From the NCBI GenBank assembly GCA_964534605.1, contig CAZHOS010000001.1:39198-103197 (forward strand): a stretch of DNA of 64,000 nucleotides, read 5' to 3'. The stretch comes from an uncultured Candidatus Saccharibacteria bacterium (lineage in GTDB: Bacteria > Patescibacteriota > Saccharimonadia > Saccharimonadales > VXPC01). Within the stretch, counting starts at the first letter, position 1. Every line of letters starts with the position of its first letter. Made by a program: the position numbers and the translations under genes. The notes under the pieces were generated by a model. It was not told the DNA's origin. It saw only the letters and a program-made list of their open reading frames with translations, and did no database searches. This document shows, in pieces, positions 62,995 to 64,000 of the stretch.

Positions 62995-63573
62995 ATGTTA
63001 AGACTCAAGAATAATAACCAAGCCTTTACTCTTATCGAAATGCTCATAGTTATAGCAATCATAGGCCTCCTATCGAGTATTGTGCTATCTACAGCACGAG
63101 GAGCGCAAAATAAGGCAGCAGCCTCACGCATACTATCTGCTTTTCAGATTGTAGAAAAAGGACTACTGGCCTATGCTATAGAAACAGGCCAGAATGAGTG
63201 GTGGCAAGATGAGTATTTTAGGTCTTTTGGCCACTCTACAAACGTTAATATCAAAATTGAAGAAATACTAGAGAACCTTCCTGAAGTTGAGGCCTTCATC
63301 CCAGAGCCACCCACAAAACCACTGGACAATAGGCCAATCTACTATGATGCAGACATTGCATCTGCGACTGGCGATTGCGGCAGTGTTGGGTTAGGCGTTA
63401 ACTTAATCTACTACACATCCAAGATAGATCTTGTTCAAGAAGTTGATAAAACTCACGATAACGAAGACGGTCCGAACTGCGGCACTATACGTTATTGGCT
63501 GCAGTCTAATGGCACAGACTACGGCGTATTATTCAGAATTGCTAACGATACTGAAGAGCTCAGTCCGATATAG
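62995..63573 (+). CDS. type IV pilin (prepilin with class III leader)
   Basis: MLRLKNNNQA-FTLIEMLIVIAIIGLLSSIVL is a canonical N-terminal methylation/helix segment. 192 aa. Confidence 0.7.
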   Translation: MLRLKNNNQAFTLIEMLIVIAIIGLLSSIVLSTARGAQNKAAASRILSAFQIVEKGLLAYAIETGQNEWWQDEYFRSFGHSTNVNIKIEEILENLPEVEAFIPEPPTKPLDNRPIYYDADIASATGDCGSVGLGVNLIYYTSKIDLVQEVDKTHDNEDGPNCGTIRYWLQSNGTDYGVLFRIANDTEELSPI

Positions 63574-63709
63574 CATAGGCGGCTTTTTGACTATATGTAA
63601 AGATTGTATATAGTCTGCATGAAATTACGGGATATCTTAAGGTGAATTTATCGTTTAAATTACTGAAATAGATTGGCAATGGAATTATATCTAGTAAAAA
63701 TGTAATCAA

Positions 63710-64000
63710 TTACGATAATTCATCTAGCTGCCGTAGCCTCCGAAGTCTTCTTGGGGCACGCTCGAACGGTGTGTTAAGCCAAGTCTCTACGATGTCGTAG
63801 ACTTTGACGGGATCGTCTTCTAGCTCGAAGGCCGGCAGCGCCAAAATGTTAGCATCGTCGTCGTTGCGGGCCAACCGGGCCTGTTCTTTGTCCTGCAACA
63901 CTACCGCCCGCATACCTTTATATCTATTGGCGGCAATCGCCATACCCTGTCCACTACCGCAGATAAGGATGCCCCGGGACTCATCGCCGTGCTCTATCAT
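63710..64000 (-). CDS. rpiB: ribose-5-phosphate isomerase B, C-terminal part (gene runs off the window end)
   Basis: GILICGSGQGMAIAANRYKGMRAVV...ANILALPAFEL... matches the RpiB/LacAB core. The N-terminus lies beyond position 64000. Confidence 0.8.
   Translation of the reverse strand: MIEHGDESRGILICGSGQGMAIAANRYKGMRAVVLQDKEQARLARNDDDANILALPAFELEDDPVKVYDIVETWLNTPFERAPRRLRRLRQLDELS

Noticed and set aside
1-64000. Searched by eye for an integrase, transposase, restriction-modification, toxin-antitoxin or CRISPR-cas operon
   Set aside because: No intact candidate found. The only nuclease-like accessory genes are yraN (a conserved partner of rnhB) and the disrupted EEP-family gene. The HEPN-like call at 49423..49827 is motif-level only.

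Overview
This 64-kb window looks like a chromosomal segment of a small-genome, probably CPR/Patescibacteria (Saccharibacteria-like) bacterium. That assignment is inferred from a split transketolase, charged low-complexity tails on core proteins, type IV pilus genes and tight translational coupling; no search was run.

Most of the window is on the minus strand and contains housekeeping genes in this order:
- rpsG (partial), rpsL, rpoC, rpoB, clpP, tig, hisS, a flavoprotein, tRNA-Leu(UAG), rsmD, recG
- a plus-strand cell-wall block: FemAB-like enzyme, class A PBP, an HExxH membrane protein, radA
- clpC, nusA, an M3A peptidase, yraN-rnhB, rplS, a lone PilB ATPase, dnaE, gatC-gatA-[TM protein]-gatB, uvrB
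- a pilin/unknown/LOG-like operon, then a sugar-phosphate cluster: pfkB kinase, class II aldolase, split transketolase, rpe, rpiB (partial)

No CRISPR array, IS element, transposase, integrase or rRNA gene was seen.

Main non-routine observations:
1. A roughly 260-nt non-coding element occurs three times (25604-25860 +, 37731-37990 +, 46320-46665 -). Each copy starts about 50 nt after a gene's terminator and ends before the next gene's promoter. Conserved hairpins with compensatory stem changes suggest a structured RNA family.
2. tRNA-Leu(UAG) is followed 60 bp downstream by a second copy of its 3' third, interrupted at the T-loop by a strongly self-pairing 85-nt insert. An AT-rich membrane-protein ORF lies beside it.
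3. A PaaX-like regulator gene is bracketed by two copies of the same perfect 32-bp palindrome. Each copy is extended into a longer perfect palindrome by different flanks, and one sits 45 bp upstream of the pfkB kinase gene.
4. A small TM-anchored protein with an RNxxxHE (HEPN-like) motif is translationally coupled inside the gatCAB operon.
5. Two diverged paralogous small-membrane-protein units share promoter, 5'UTR, RBS, first codons and terminator.
6. The window also contains:
- an EEP-family nuclease gene broken by an in-frame TAA
- an oxidoreductase with a likely frameshifted N-terminus
- a duplication of the nusA tail that forms a small basic ORF
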